Notes: generated by a model from the letters alone, not told the origin. 64,000 bases of DNA from Guillardia theta CCMP2712 (GCF_000315625.1 NW_005434635.1:441071-505070); one strand, 5' to 3'. Shown: positions 29,201 to 41,370, counted from the stretch's first letter. Numbers and translations are program-made.

Positions 29201-30504
29201 TCCTAATTCAAAGTCGTTTACTACATTTCCGGCAGAGTATTGTTCGACCAAAGGGATGCTAACTCCTACCTTAAACGCCATGCATTTATATCAAGTACAA
29301 CTCTTTCTCTCTGTGTGAAATCAATGATGCTTCTATCCAAGTCGATCAGGCAGAAGACATGGCATGATGATAAGAATGGAAGGATACTTCAGCAGCTTCC
29401 TGGTGTACTCTGATATCACGGTATATGAAGGGATGACTGGTGCAATTAGGTATTGGAGATACGTTCTCCAGAAAACTTGTAGCTTCAGGAGTGAAAGATC
29501 TTGAGGATCTCAATCAGCTGGGACCAGGGAAGTTTGAATCTCTTGTTGGTAGACATACAGGAGGTTTTGGATCTAAAGTCATGGAGGAATTGCGATCAAT
29601 ACCTTCGTTTTCAGTACAATATAGCAAGGCTTTCGACGGCAAGAAAGCTGACATCGACTTGAGAATAACAGCTGTTTCGGTGTGCAACTTCAAGAAGAAA
29701 ACATTTTTACCAGTTCTTTTGGTGGGTTCAGAACAAGGAGGGATCATCCTCAAGAAAGCATTGCAATTCCCGGTAGGGTCCCGTGACATCAAAATTCAAC
29801 TGCATGTCCAAGACATTGAGCTTCACAAAACGCTTGCGATTCACGTGAAAAATTGTACATTCTACATTTCGTGCGCTGATAATGCACAGGTTATAAACAA
29901 GAATTTCGTGGGCAGGGATGCTGTCCTTGAGATCGTGCTCTTCGTGAGAAGCAACATCAATCCAGTCACTACAGCTGATCATGCCAGCAAGGAAGCAGAT
30001 CCAGAAAACCATCATCATGACATCAAACGGAAAGTGAAGAGGCCAAAACAAGATTCGATCGTCAGAGAAGCTCTAGAAAACAAAGTATCCGTCAAGAAAG
30101 TCAAGCTGCTCCACAGCTCCCTATCCGAGACCACCAAGGCTATTCATCGTACCCGCGAGGAGTCAGAACCATTCAACTGGGATATCGAGAGATTCGCCTA
30201 CAGAGGCTCCCAAGCCCCCTCGCGATGTGACCGCCCAGGGTCAATGCAGTCATATGGACGTGAGGCTTTGCAGGGTTACATCAGTCATACAGTCGATACG
30301 CCAAGGAAAGAAGTTGCAGGAATCAACGGGAAGTTGTCAATGAGCTCTGTTGTCGAACCTCACGCTTCCAGATATCCGCTTCAGTTACAAAAGTCAGTGT
30401 TTGCATTTCTAGCTGCCACCAACGACGAGGTGCCTGCAAGGAGTTGTAATTTGGAAGCCAAGCATCACTCGTTTAGCTACGACTCTTTCTTCGAGGAGTT
30501 TTGA
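26216..30504 (+). CDS. HFM1: Meiotic Ski2-like DExH helicase MER3/HFM1
   Basis: FNDMQ (Q motif), GAPTGSGKTAVFE (Walker A), STPEKWESTTRRW, IDEIH, IIGASASVPNLDDIGSWI, FGEEYRP, VLVFCSTR, FHNGSL, TTTTLAVGANLPAYLVIIKST, QQMAGRAGRPGYD, LESQLHLALIEHLNSEI, then a Sec63-like region. About 25 short introns. Confidence 0.9.
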
Positions 30505-30595
30505 ATGAGCGCGCTGAGGGAGAAACAAGATATGTCTCAATACAACTGATTTAGATGAATGCTGATATCTCTTCCACCAACAGTTTACGAGCTTC

Positions 30596-31217
30596 TTAGT
30601 ACCAGCTGTAGGAGTAATGAGGAGATCCATAGCTCGCAGCAGAGTATCCGTCAGCAATGGGAGTCTCTCCTCCGCTGAAGCTGGTAGTGCCAGACCCTCC
30701 GGCATAACGGGTGTCAATGTTGGTCCAGGACTGCCTCCACGGCTGGCTTGACCTGAAGTGGATGATCAGCATAGGCCGACAAGGCCGAAAGAAAGAAATG
30801 ATGGGAAGACTTACGGGGAGTTGTAGCTGTCTACAATCCAGAAGCCGTACTGGCCTAGACAACGTGTCATTCACAAGTGATTATCGAACAGAGCAGGTCA
30901 TAGTCATACTAGGAGTTCCATCAAAGGTGGTCCCATCCTCACGAGTGAAGGAGGAGGAGAGGAGAGGAGCGAGTGGCACGATCTTGAACAGCATTTCCTT
31001 GACTTTTACAACCTTTCGCGAACAGGCAATATTGATCACATTCCCCGAACTCTTTAAAAACCAATTTAACGGACATCGTATTGACATTTGCAACCAGTAC
31101 CTTTGTTTGTATCAGATATCTACAAATAATTGGGATCTGGTTGAAAACTAAACTTGTTGCAGTACTTCGGTTTGTTAACTTCGAGCGACAGATGTACCAG
31201 CTTACTTTTTCCTCCAA
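30596..31217 (-). CDS. Possible small spliced hypothetical gene convergent with MER3
   Basis: Minus-strand donor/acceptor sites (e.g. 30810, 30753) and a GC-rich promoter-like patch upstream at ~31290-31450. The reading frame is ambiguous and I recognise no motif. Confidence 0.3.
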
Positions 31218-31453
31218 TTTTTAAAAGAGGTTCAACTTCTTTTCTCCGTGACTTCTTTTTTGTTGAAAAACTGAAAAAAAAGCACGGGCCAACCCCAGCA
31301 TTTTACAGTTATTGAGGCACCGGTGAACTTCCCGGGCCTCGGTGGCCGGGCCCGGCCCGCGTGACTGAGGACCGAAGACCTGGTTCGCCTCAACCTAAAC
31401 GATGATGAACTAAACTGCGTGCCGGGGACATGCCCAGCGAAGGACAGTCCAGG

Positions 31454-33678
31454 ACCAGTGCTTGAGAAGCTAGCAACCAGTGCTCGAGAAGCTAGCAACC
31501 AGTGCTTGAGAAGCTAGCAACCAGTGCTTGAGAAGCTAGCAACCAGTGCTTGAGAAGCTAGCAACCAGTGATTGAGAGGCTAGCAACCAGTGATTGAGAA
31601 GCTAGCAACCAGTGCTTGAGAAGCTAGCAACCAGTGATTGAGAAGCTAGCAACCAGTGCTTGAGAAGCTAGCAACCAGTGATTGAGAAGCTAGCAACCAG
31701 TGCTTGAGAGGCTAGCAACCAGTGATTGAGAAGCTAGCAACCAGTGCTTGAGAAGCTAGCAACCAGTGCTTGAGAAGCTAGCAACCAGTGCTTGAGAAGC
31801 AGGCACTCCTGACTGAGAAGCTAGCAACCAGTGATTGAGAAGCTAGCAACCAGTGCTTGAGAAGCTAGCAACCAGTGCTTGAGAAGCTAGCAACCAGTGC
31901 TTGAGAAGCTAGCAACCAGTGCTTGAGAAGCTAGCAACCAGTGCTTGAGAAGCTAGCAACCAGTGATTGAGAAGCTAGCAACCAGTGCTTGAGAAGCTAG
32001 CAACCAGTGCTTGAGAAGCTAGCAACCAGTGCTTGAGAAGCTAGCAACCAGTGCTTGAGAAGCTAGCAACCAGTGATTGAGAAGCTAGCAACCAGTGCTT
32101 GAGAAGCTAGCAACCAGTGATTGAGAAGCTAGCAACCAGTGCTTGAGAAGCTAGCAACCAGTGCTTGAGAAGCTAGCAACCAGTGCTTGAGAAGCAGGCA
32201 ACCAGTGCTTGAGAAGCAAGCTACCAGTGCTTGAGAAGCTAGCAACCAGTGCTTGAGAAGCTAGCAACCAGTGCTTGAGAGGCTAGCAACCAGTGATTGA
32301 GAAGCTAGCAACCAGTGCTTGAGAAGCTAGCAACCAGTGCTTGAGAAGCTAGCAACCAGTGCTTGAGAAGCTAGCAACCAGTGCTTGAGAAGCAAGCAAC
32401 CAGTGCTTGAGAAGCTAGCTACCAGTGATTGAGAAGCTAGCAACCAGTGCTTGAGAAGCTAGCAACCAGTGCTTGAGAAGCTAGCAACCAGTGCTTGAGA
32501 AGCAAGCAACCAGTGCTTGAGAAGCTAGCAACCAGTGCTTGAGAAGCTAGCAACCAGTGATTGAGAAGCTAGCAACCAGTGATTGAGAAGCTAGCAACCA
32601 GTGCTTGAGAAGCTAGCAACCAGTGCTTGAGAGGCTAGCAACCAGTGCTTGAGAGGCTAGCAACCAGTGATTGAGAAGCAAGCAACCAGTGCTTGAGAAG
32701 CTAGCAACCAGTGCTTGAGAAGCTAGCAACCAGTGATTGAGAAGCTAGCAACCAGTGCTTGAGAAGCTAGCAACCAGTGATTGAGAAGCTAGCAACCAGT
32801 GCTTGAGAAGCTAGCAACCAGTGATTGAGAAGCTAGCAACCAGTGCTTGAGAAGCTAGCAACCAGTGCTTGAGAAGCTAGCAACCAGTGATTGAGAAGCT
32901 AGCAACCAGTGATTGAGAAGCTAGCAACCAGTGCTTGAGAAGCTAGCAACCAGTGCTTGAGAAGCAAGCAACCAGTGATTGAGAAGCTAGCAACCAGTGC
33001 TTGAGAAGCTAGCAACCAGTGATTGAGAAGCTAGCAACCAGTGCTTGAGAGAGCTAGCAACCAGTGCTTGAGAAGCTAGCAACCAGTGCTTGAGAAGCAA
33101 GCAACCAGTGCTTGAGAAGCTAGCAACCAGTGCTTGAGAAGCAAGCAACCAGTGCTTGAGAAGCTAGCAACCAGTGCTTGAGAAGCTAGCAACCAGTGAT
33201 TGAGAAGCTAGCAACCAGTGCTTGAGAGGCTAGCAACCAGTGCTTGAGAAGCTAGCAACCAGTGCTTGAGAAGCTAGCAACCAGTGCTTGAGAAGCTAGC
33301 TACCAGTGCTTGAGAAGCTAGCAACCAGTGCTTGAGAAGCTAGCAACCAGTGCTTGAGAAGCTAGCAACCAGTGATTGAGAAGCTAGCAACCAGTGATTG
33401 AGAAGCTAGCAACCAGTGCTTGAGAAGCTAGCAACCAGTGCTTGAGAAGCAAGCAACCAGTGCTTGAGAAGCTAGCAACCAGTGCTTGAGAAGCTAGCAA
33501 CCAGTGATTGAGAAGCTAGCAACCAGTGCTTGAGAGGCTAGCAACCAGTGCTTGAGAAGCTAGCAACCAGTGCTTGAGAAGCTAGCAACCAGTGCTTGAG
33601 AAGCTAGCTACCAGTGCTTGAGAAGCTAGCAACCAGTGATTGAGAAGCAAGCAACCAGTGCTTGAGAAGCTAGCAACC
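31454..33678. repeat. Tandem satellite, 22-bp unit ACCAGTGCTTGAGAAGCTAGCA, ~100 copies
   Basis: Directly visible head-to-tail array with no spacers and a few recurrent single-base variants. No ORFs are called inside it. Confidence 0.98.
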
Positions 33679-33736
33679 AAGTCAAGGCGGGTGGGATACG
33701 AGGAAAGCTGAACGAGAAGGTAGAGACATAGACATT

Positions 33737-33773
<37 letters not shown>

Positions 33774-33949
33774 ACAAAGACAGAGACGCAGGGATGGTTT
33801 CTTGAGTTAAGTTTTCAGATGAAGGTGTGAGGAGGAAACAATTGTGTGAAGGTCCTTGCTAAATCTCTCTCCATCTGAGTGTTGCTTGCTCAGCACAGAT
33901 TGTTTTGCGCGCACATGACCTAAGATAAGTATCTTGGTTGCCGATTGCT

Positions 33950-35164
33950 ATGTCAGGGCAGGAGCGGAACGTATCGGCAATGCATGAGGGCGAGGGAGAC
34001 GCTCGGGGAAAACCTCGCATGCGAGCCTACGTGTGGTGGTATAAAAGAGCCCTGCAGACTTTGAGGAGCTCGTCAGGGGTCGCCTCTTCTGCCTTCACCA
34101 GTGTTGTTGCCCTCACAGCTTCTGTTCTGGTTGCGATTTTTCTGTATGCAAAGCCTGCGATCTTGAGCAATGGGCTGCTTTCGGTATAGAGGTCGATCGA
34201 TCTCCTCCAATCGCTGATGCTCTGACAGAACTCTTCCGATGCATACATCGGGCAAGTCGCTTCCTCTGCTCAGTGCCGACGGTTCGTCAACTTAACCGAG
34301 CATGTGGATTCCATGCTACTTGCTGCACACTTTCTACTTTATAGCCAGCGGGTCGAAGGTTTCTTCATCCCCCAATACAACATGGAAGATCGCGTTGCTC
34401 CTGTTCGTGATCGCTGCCTTGAGATCAAGCAGTGACGTTTGTACTTGTGTGATTTCAGGATGTGCAAGAAGACGAGGTAGAGCAAAGTAACGTGCTCTTG
34501 ACGTTGTCTCAATTCTATCGCGAGGTTTCTCGTTTGCTGCCTTTCCCTCCTCACTTCTCTCGATCTGCAGGTGCGGAGAAGACCTGACAAGTTTCCTGTC
34601 GGGCTGCAGACGAGAATCCATGAGGCGTTTCTCCACAGCTTCTCCTTCTGGGAAGCGTGAGAGCTCGTGGGACGCTGGACCAGCGCTGATGACGTGGCAG
34701 ACACTCGCGGTCGACCAAGTCAGGCGTGAGATACATCATGTGAGCACCGGCACATGGCGGACCCGCCTCGTCGCCCCTGACGCGCTGGTTCCTCCAGCTA
34801 CCCGCGGGCTCAGATCGGTCGGCTCGAGACTCTCAGTCAGGTGAAGCAGCTGGCGACTCGCTGGCCCTGACCCTCCCAAGGTGATTCTCTCTCTCCTCCA
34901 CTTCCACCGAAGTCTCGATGCCGGCGCGTGAGTCAAAATCTCTTGTGTCTCTTCCTGCATGCCCATCATGGACGTTGCAAGGCTGCCGAGGGGAGTCGGG
35001 TTGAACGCTCCCTCCTTCGCTCAGACGAGTCAAGGCTGGCGAGTGAAGCGAGCGGTGCGTGCTACCCGCTGAGTGCCGCTCCTGAGTGCCGCACAGCTCG
35101 ACGACTACTCGGAGTACTTCCTTCGCCTGCGATTGAGCTCCGGTCGCTTCGTGCGGACACTTGA
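33950..35164 (+). CDS. Hypothetical spliced protein with one or two hydrophobic (TM) segments
   Basis: MSGQERNVS...VVALTASVLVAIFLYA and WKIALLLFVIAAL segments plus GT-AG introns. It may be joined to the downstream gene. Confidence 0.4.
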
Positions 35165-35299
35165 AGGTCTGTGAGGAGAGAGAAGTGGAATGGAGATGAG
35201 ATGGGAAGGAACGGGGGAGAGAGGGGAGGGGAGAGAAGGAAGCAGGAGAGGCGCAGAGGTGTCAAGGAGAGGGGACGGAGCAGCGGGATCTTGACGAGC

Positions 35300-38134
35300 A
35301 AGCAAGGGAATGGCAGGCCCCGCAAGCAGCACAAGCTGAAGATGCATGAGGCTTCGTCGGAGGGGGCAGCTCTTCTTGCTATGGTGAGGAGGCAAGGGGA
35401 GACGGGGTGACTGAGGAAGCTTTAGATCTCCCTTGCCAAGTACTACAGGAGGGGAGACCTGTGGCACAAGATCGGAGAAAGCACCCGGGCGATGCTGGAC
35501 GCTTATGCTGCTTCCTCTGACGTCGAGGAGGATGGAAAACGATCGGACCTGAGGGACTTCTATGAGGTTGAACGTCCACCCCCCCTTCGTCCTCTCTCTC
35601 TTCCCCTCCCATTCACCATCCTTCCCCATCTTCTCCTTCCAAGGTTTCCTCCTCCCTTGACCCTTTCCCTGTCTTCCTTTCGAGGGGTTTACACTGACCG
35701 CTTGCTGGCATGCAGCATGGTGCGCTAGCGCTCATGGAGATCGCGGACTCGATCGATCCTGTCGGGGGGCAGCGAGCAGAGGGTGACCTGCCGGAGGTAG
35801 CAGCGAGAGGGCTGCTGGAGATGAGCATCAAGATTGCTTCAAGTTTGTCGGGGGAAGGAGGAGGAAAGAAGCAATCAGAAGATCAGGAGAACTGGTCTCG
35901 AATACCCTCGATTCTCCTCCTCCTCATCATCATCATCACCACCACCACCACCACCACTACCATCATCATCATCATCATCATCATCAACAACAACAACAAG
36001 AACAACATCAACATCAACATCAACATCAACAACCATGTTCACAATGATCAGTTGTCCTCCTGGCACTCTGCTGCCTCTCTCCCCCAACCATGGACATCCC
36101 ACTGACAGGTCGCTCACTTGTGCCCCCTAAGGCGTCTCGCTCCTGGCTTGGCTGCGGCTGCTCGACTTGCGGCAGTGAAATCGCGAGGAGGAGAGGAAGA
36201 CCTGGAAGCTGAGCTGACACTTCAATTCCTCTGCCTCACTAGGAGGATGCTCACTGCAATGAGCAAGCTGCAGGTAGAATGCTCCTCTCTTTGCTTTCCT
36301 CCTCCCTTCTCCCTCCTCTTCTTCCATCCTTTCCTCCTCCTCCTCCTCCCTTCTCCCTCCTCTTCTTCCATCCTTTCCTCCTCCTCCTCCTCCCTCTCCT
36401 TCCTCTCTCTTCTCTCACCCTCCTCCCTCTTCTTCTTCCCTCCCTTCCTCTTCCCTTCCCCCTTACTGGCTATCAAGGTCGGAGGATTGCTGGCAGACCC
36501 TGCCTCGGCACAGAGTACTAAGAACAAGATGATGCGAGGACTTCGAGGTATCAGATTGAGGAAAAGGAGGAGGAGGAGGGAGAGAAGGAGGGGGAGGAGG
36601 AGGAAGGGGAGGAGGTTGATTTTCTGGCAGGAGCTCCATCTTTCAACCTCACCAAGTGTATTGGGCATGTGCAGAAAAATCTTGTAGGAAGCATCAAGGG
36701 AAAGAAGGAGAAGATGAAGGTCGATGACAGGAGAGAGAGGGAAGGGAAGAGGGAAGGGTCACAGGGAGGAGAGAGGAGGATGAGAACGAGGAGGAAAAGA
36801 ACTTGGTTGAGGGGTGAGGAGCTGATATGTTGAAGCAGAAGGAAAGAGATGAGAAGGAGATGGCGCGTGCGAAGGCGAGGCTGATTGAAGTGAAACCTGG
36901 GGAACCAATCTCAATCGCTGAGATGATTCAGAGATCCAAAGTCAGACCCATGACTCAACTTTCTTCCCGCCTCGCTCCTCTCTCTTCTCTCTCCCCCTGT
37001 CCCACCCTCCTCCCCTAGTCTCCTCTCCTCTCCTCTTTCACCGTCGCTCTCCTCGCCTTCCTCCTCTCTTTACTCACTCCCCCCTCTCGTCTCTTGTCCT
37101 TCCTCTCCTTTTCCTCCCCTCCTATCACTCCTCTCCTCTCTTACCATCTCTTTTCACAATTGCATCAACCTCCTCCTCCCCCCTGATGAAATTTCCAGAA
37201 TCTTTCCAACGAGCAAGAGGAACAGACGTTGACTGAGTGCGACAGAGCCATGCATGCCCATCAGAGGTTCCTCCTCCTCCTCCTCCTCCTCCTCCTCCTC
37301 CTCCTCCTCCTCTTCTTCCTCCTCCTCCTTGACCACCTCCTCATCTTGCCTCTTCCGCAGGTGCACCAACGACAACCCGGTGGGCAAGCAAGGGTTCATG
37401 GCCTGCTGCAGGTGTTCTTCTCCTCACCCTTCCCTTCCTCCCTCGCACCCTATTCCCTTCTTTCACACTCTATTCCCTGCCTCCCACTCGCCTCGCCCCC
37501 TCTCACCTCCTTTCCTCCCTTCTCTCCAGCGTTGCTCTCTCCTCTCCTCTTCTCCATACTTGTCATCCTCTCCTCTCCCTCCTCCCCTCTTCTCCCTCAT
37601 CTTCGTGCTCCATTTTCCTCCCTTCTCCTGCTCCTCCTCAGTTTCTCCTCCAGACAGCTTAGCGGATATCTGTTCTCCTGCGTCGAAGACTACAACAACC
37701 TTCCCAATCACCTCCGCACCCTCTACGTCCCTTCCTATACCCACTACTGCGTCCCTGACGGCCATAGCCCTCTGCCCAAGGGTGAGGAGCGTTGAGCGAG
37801 GAGAGGGGCAGGGAGGCGGAATGCAGGAGCGAAGGAGGGGAGGAGAACGGGATGGGAGAGTTAGGGACAGGGGAGGCGAGACAGAGGGCAGAAGGTTGGG
37901 TGTGGGAGCTTGACATATGTCTCAGGGTTCGGCCAGCAGGACCATCCTCCTCGCGAGAGCGAGTTCGAGCACAGGAAGGTCAGGGCAGAGCTGGACTCGT
38001 GCGACCTCGCTGCTATGGGAGGGATCCCGTCAGAGGGCGGCGGGTCGACCCTCCACTTGGCTTCCACTGCTCGAGCCCTTCGCGCCTGGCAAGCCTCTCT
38101 TGAGTTTCTCCTCCCGCAAGACCTAAGGGGCTAG
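35300..38134 (+). CDS. Hypothetical multi-exon protein with a Cys-containing C-terminal region
   Basis: Exons between microsatellite introns splice into a plausible frame (..TLTECDRAMHAHQRCTNDNPVGKQGFMACCRQLSGYLFSCVEDYNNLPNHLRTLYVPSYTHYCVPDG..LPQDLRG*). The 5' end is undefined. Confidence 0.5.
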
Positions 38135-38161
38135 CTCCTCCCGCAAGACCTAAGGGGCTAG
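38108..38161 (+). repeat. 27-bp perfect tandem duplication spanning the predicted stop codon
   Basis: CTCCTCCCGCAAGACCTAAGGGGCTAG x2. Confidence 0.9.
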
Positions 38162-38291
38162 CGCGGCGACGTCGAAGCTCCTGGCCTCCTCTAGTTAACG
38201 TGACGTATAGTACAGACATCGATGATAAGACTGTCCGGTGCCTCCGTCCTCAGTCTCCAGTCATGCACTCTTGCTTAATGACAACAAGCCC

Positions 38292-38506
38292 ATCGATCGC
38301 CGAGGTAGCGACGAGGCCTCGATGGAGATCGGCTGGCAGGCTGCGGGTCGACCACGGGCCGGCAGTGTCCGGGCGCAGGCTGAGCAAGAGCGGACAGGCT
38401 GGCGGCGCTTGTGAAGGCTCCGCCAAGAGCTGCGCCCGGCGATGCGCGTGCGGGCATGCAGGAGCTGCCAGGGCTGCTGAGCACGGGGTCACTCATGCCT
38501 AAAGCC
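38292..38506 (+). repeat. Internal ~215-bp fragment of the interspersed element
   Basis: Matches ~21801-22015 (tcgatcgccgaggtagcg...catgcctaaagcca). Confidence 0.9.
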
Positions 38507-38545
38507 AAGGAATATCTTGATGATTATGTGAACAACCTTGAAGCG

Positions 38546-40312
38546 AACGCTGCGCTTGCCATGCTCTGCTCACATGATGATCTAATCTTTCATCGATACG
38601 CACACCGATCGAGCAGTCCTCCATGCCCTCTTGCAACCTGATGTACGACAGTCTACTGCTGCCGGCTAGGACATAAACCTATTCCCCAACAGATGCCGCG
38701 CACTGTGTACGGTATAAGTCTTTGGTCTGGTGTACCAAACTTTGAGAAGGGCTAGGGATCTTGATACTGTATATTCGAGCCAACAAGGACATCATAAGAC
38801 TGTAGAGTAGAATATTGCAGAGCAAATAAAACAACGAACCAAAAAAAAAAAAAAACAGAAAACGATGATCCAACACCAATCCAGCAAAAACAACTCAAGC
38901 TTTACCAGGAGCGATACAACATTCTCCCTCATGTCTATACCTCTGACTCGCACCTGCCCGACAACTCAGTCTCTCCTTCCATCCCTCACGCTCGTACCTG
39001 ACTCCCCTCCTCCCTCCCTCTACTCTCCGCTCGTCACCTTGGCCCACGTGTCTCCGTTCCTGCCGACATGCTCAGCCATCTACCGCTCAAGCCCCGTCGG
39101 CTGCCGTCGAGATCCGCTCAACGCGTCTCACCAGATGTCCCGTATCGTCTTCTGACTCACTCCGTACTGCTTGGCGAGCTCGATCGACAGCCTCGTGCTC
39201 GTTCCTCGCTTCTGCGGGGGTCCTGCATCAGCTCCGCACAGAGCACGCGAGACGAGCTACCGCGTGGGCCTCCGGTCTCTGGAGGAAGATGTGCTTGGCC
39301 TGCACAACCGGCTCTCACGCCTGCGCTCCCCCCCAGCACAGCTCTGACAGACCTCGACCTCCGTCAGGGCGATCTTCCAAGGCTTCCTTCGCTTGGACTG
39401 CTCTGCTTGCTGTCCCAGCCTGGGGCTGCTGACTCGCAGCGCTTGGTCGAGCTGGTGACGCCTCATGGCTTCCGCGGCCTCTTCGCCGGATCGGACTGTG
39501 CTACGCTGCTCCTCGCGCTGCCCGTCGATCGCCGAGGTAGCGACGAGGCCTCGATGGAGATCGGCTGGCAGGCTGCGGGTCGACCACGGGCCGGCAGTGT
39601 CCGGGTGCAGGCTGAGCAAGAGCGGACAGGCTGGCGGCGCTTGTGAAGGCTCCGCCAAGAGCTGCGCCCGGCGATGCGCGTGCGGGCATGCAGGAGCTGC
39701 CAGGGCTGCTGAGCACGGGGTCACTCATGCCTAAAGCCATGTCACCAGATCAAGCATGTCGCTCACCCTGCTCAGCATGGCCGCTTCCTCCGAGAGGCAC
39801 CGAGCCGCCGCCGGGATGCTTGTTGTCCTGCGCGATGCTCACGAGCCAGACGGCGCATGGCTGCTGCACGGCGTGACTCAAGGCAGGAATGAGCATCAGC
39901 GGGGTAGGACGAAGCGGGATAGGAACCAGCGGCATGCGAGGCTGTGGGTCCGGGGCGGTCTGTTGCATGCTATGCGCCATGGGCGCTGGGGCCGGGAGAG
40001 ACACACGAGGCAGGCAATCAAGACCTCACGAGGACGCAGCCAAGGCGAGCACGAGCGAGCGAGACCGAGAGAGATCAAGAGAGACTCGAAGAATAGACCG
40101 AGACGACTACAGCCACGCAAGACCACCGCACGGTGACGACCAAGATGCGATCACCAAAGGTCTTGAGCGCAGAGCCTGGGCGGAGAGAGAGGAGAGGCTG
40201 CGGGCACGAGCAAGTCAGGGAGGGAGGGGAGGGGGTAGAAGGAGCCAACATGGGGAGCACGAAGAAGGCGTATGGACATGGACTCACGAGCAGGAGGGAG
40301 GGAGGACGAGAA
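38546..40312 (+). repeat. Interspersed element, copy 3
   Basis: Near-identical to copy 2 with a few small indels. The tail diverges after ~40250. Confidence 0.9.
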
Positions 40313-40441
40313 GTTGTCAGTGACGCATGGCCTCGGAAGTTTACAGGATGAACACGCGGAGGAATTTTTAAAGGGACCAGAAGAGTAATAATTGTTGAAA
40401 GTACAAAAATGGATCTCAAAAAAAAAAACTCTGCATGCGCA

Positions 40442-40488
40442 TCTGCTGTCTGTCTGTCTGTCTGTCTTTCTGTCTGTCTGTCTGTCTT

Positions 40489-40533
<45 letters not shown>

Positions 40534-40563
40534 TTGTCTGTCTGTTTGTCTGTCTGTTTGTCT
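40442..40563. repeat. (TCTG)n microsatellite
   Basis: Directly visible. Confidence 0.95.
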
Positions 40564-40673
40564 ACCAGGGCTTCTGCCCGGCAGTTCCCCACCGATATTG
40601 ACTCACAGGACCGACCCTGATCACCCTGATCACGGCGGCTGACCAGCGGAACCCGACATCACAGCTAGCTGGA

Positions 40674-41370
40674 GATGTTTACAACACCGGACGACCCCGA
40701 TGGTGTCCGGGCCACCGCCAGTAGTAACGAGGACTCGAATTTGACCGACGCGGTCGAGCCATTGGTAATCTTGACGAGGGAGGGGGTAGGGTACTCTGAC
40801 AAAAAGCCCGCCAAAAGCAAAGTTTGTGGGAAGGCAGACAGAAATGTCGCCAAGACGCTTCTTGGCTCCTCAAGCTCATCAGCTCCTTCCTCTCAATCAC
40901 TCCCCATCCTTCCAAGTATCAGCCCTCTCACACAATCCTCTCTCTCTCCTTCCGCCTCCCAGGAAGGTCGTGGACGTCCCTCCCGCACTCCAAGGGATTT
41001 TCAAGCACGTCTTCGACTTCGACGCTTTCAACGACATGCAGGTACACATGCTGCAGCGATGAATGGTCAAGGCCTCCCTCAATCTTTCCATGTAGAGCCA
41101 AATGCTCGCATGATAGAGTCCCTCTTTCAGATCAAATGATCGCCTTAGGACGGTCTTCGAGATACCAGTGTGTCTTCCTTTAGTGTGAGGAGAGACTCAT
41201 ACGCCCAGGCAGTGCCGGACATCACAGCTAGCATAAGCGTTTTATGGACTAGCCCTCTTAACATTGTTTTTTCTTTTTTTTTTCAGGGCTACCGGCCGTG
41301 ACACCTCAGTTGCCATCAGATGTTTACAACTGACACCGGACAAGCCCGACACTGCCAGTAGTAACGAAGA
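40674..41370 (+). pseudogene. Truncated, rearranged duplicate of the MER3/HFM1 5' end and upstream region
   Basis: ~40796-41107 appears identical to ~26167-26478, including introns. This is followed by a 4-bp insertion and loss of the GAPTGSGKT codons. 41195-41290 matches 25985-26085. Confidence 0.85.

Noticed and set aside
31454-33678. CRISPR array
   Set aside because: The units are contiguous with no unique spacers, there are no cas genes, and the context is eukaryotic.
38160-38200. Helitron 3' end (CTAG followed by T, near a CGACGTCG palindrome)
   Set aside because: The hairpin is too short, and the motif is not repeated at the ends of the other element copies.
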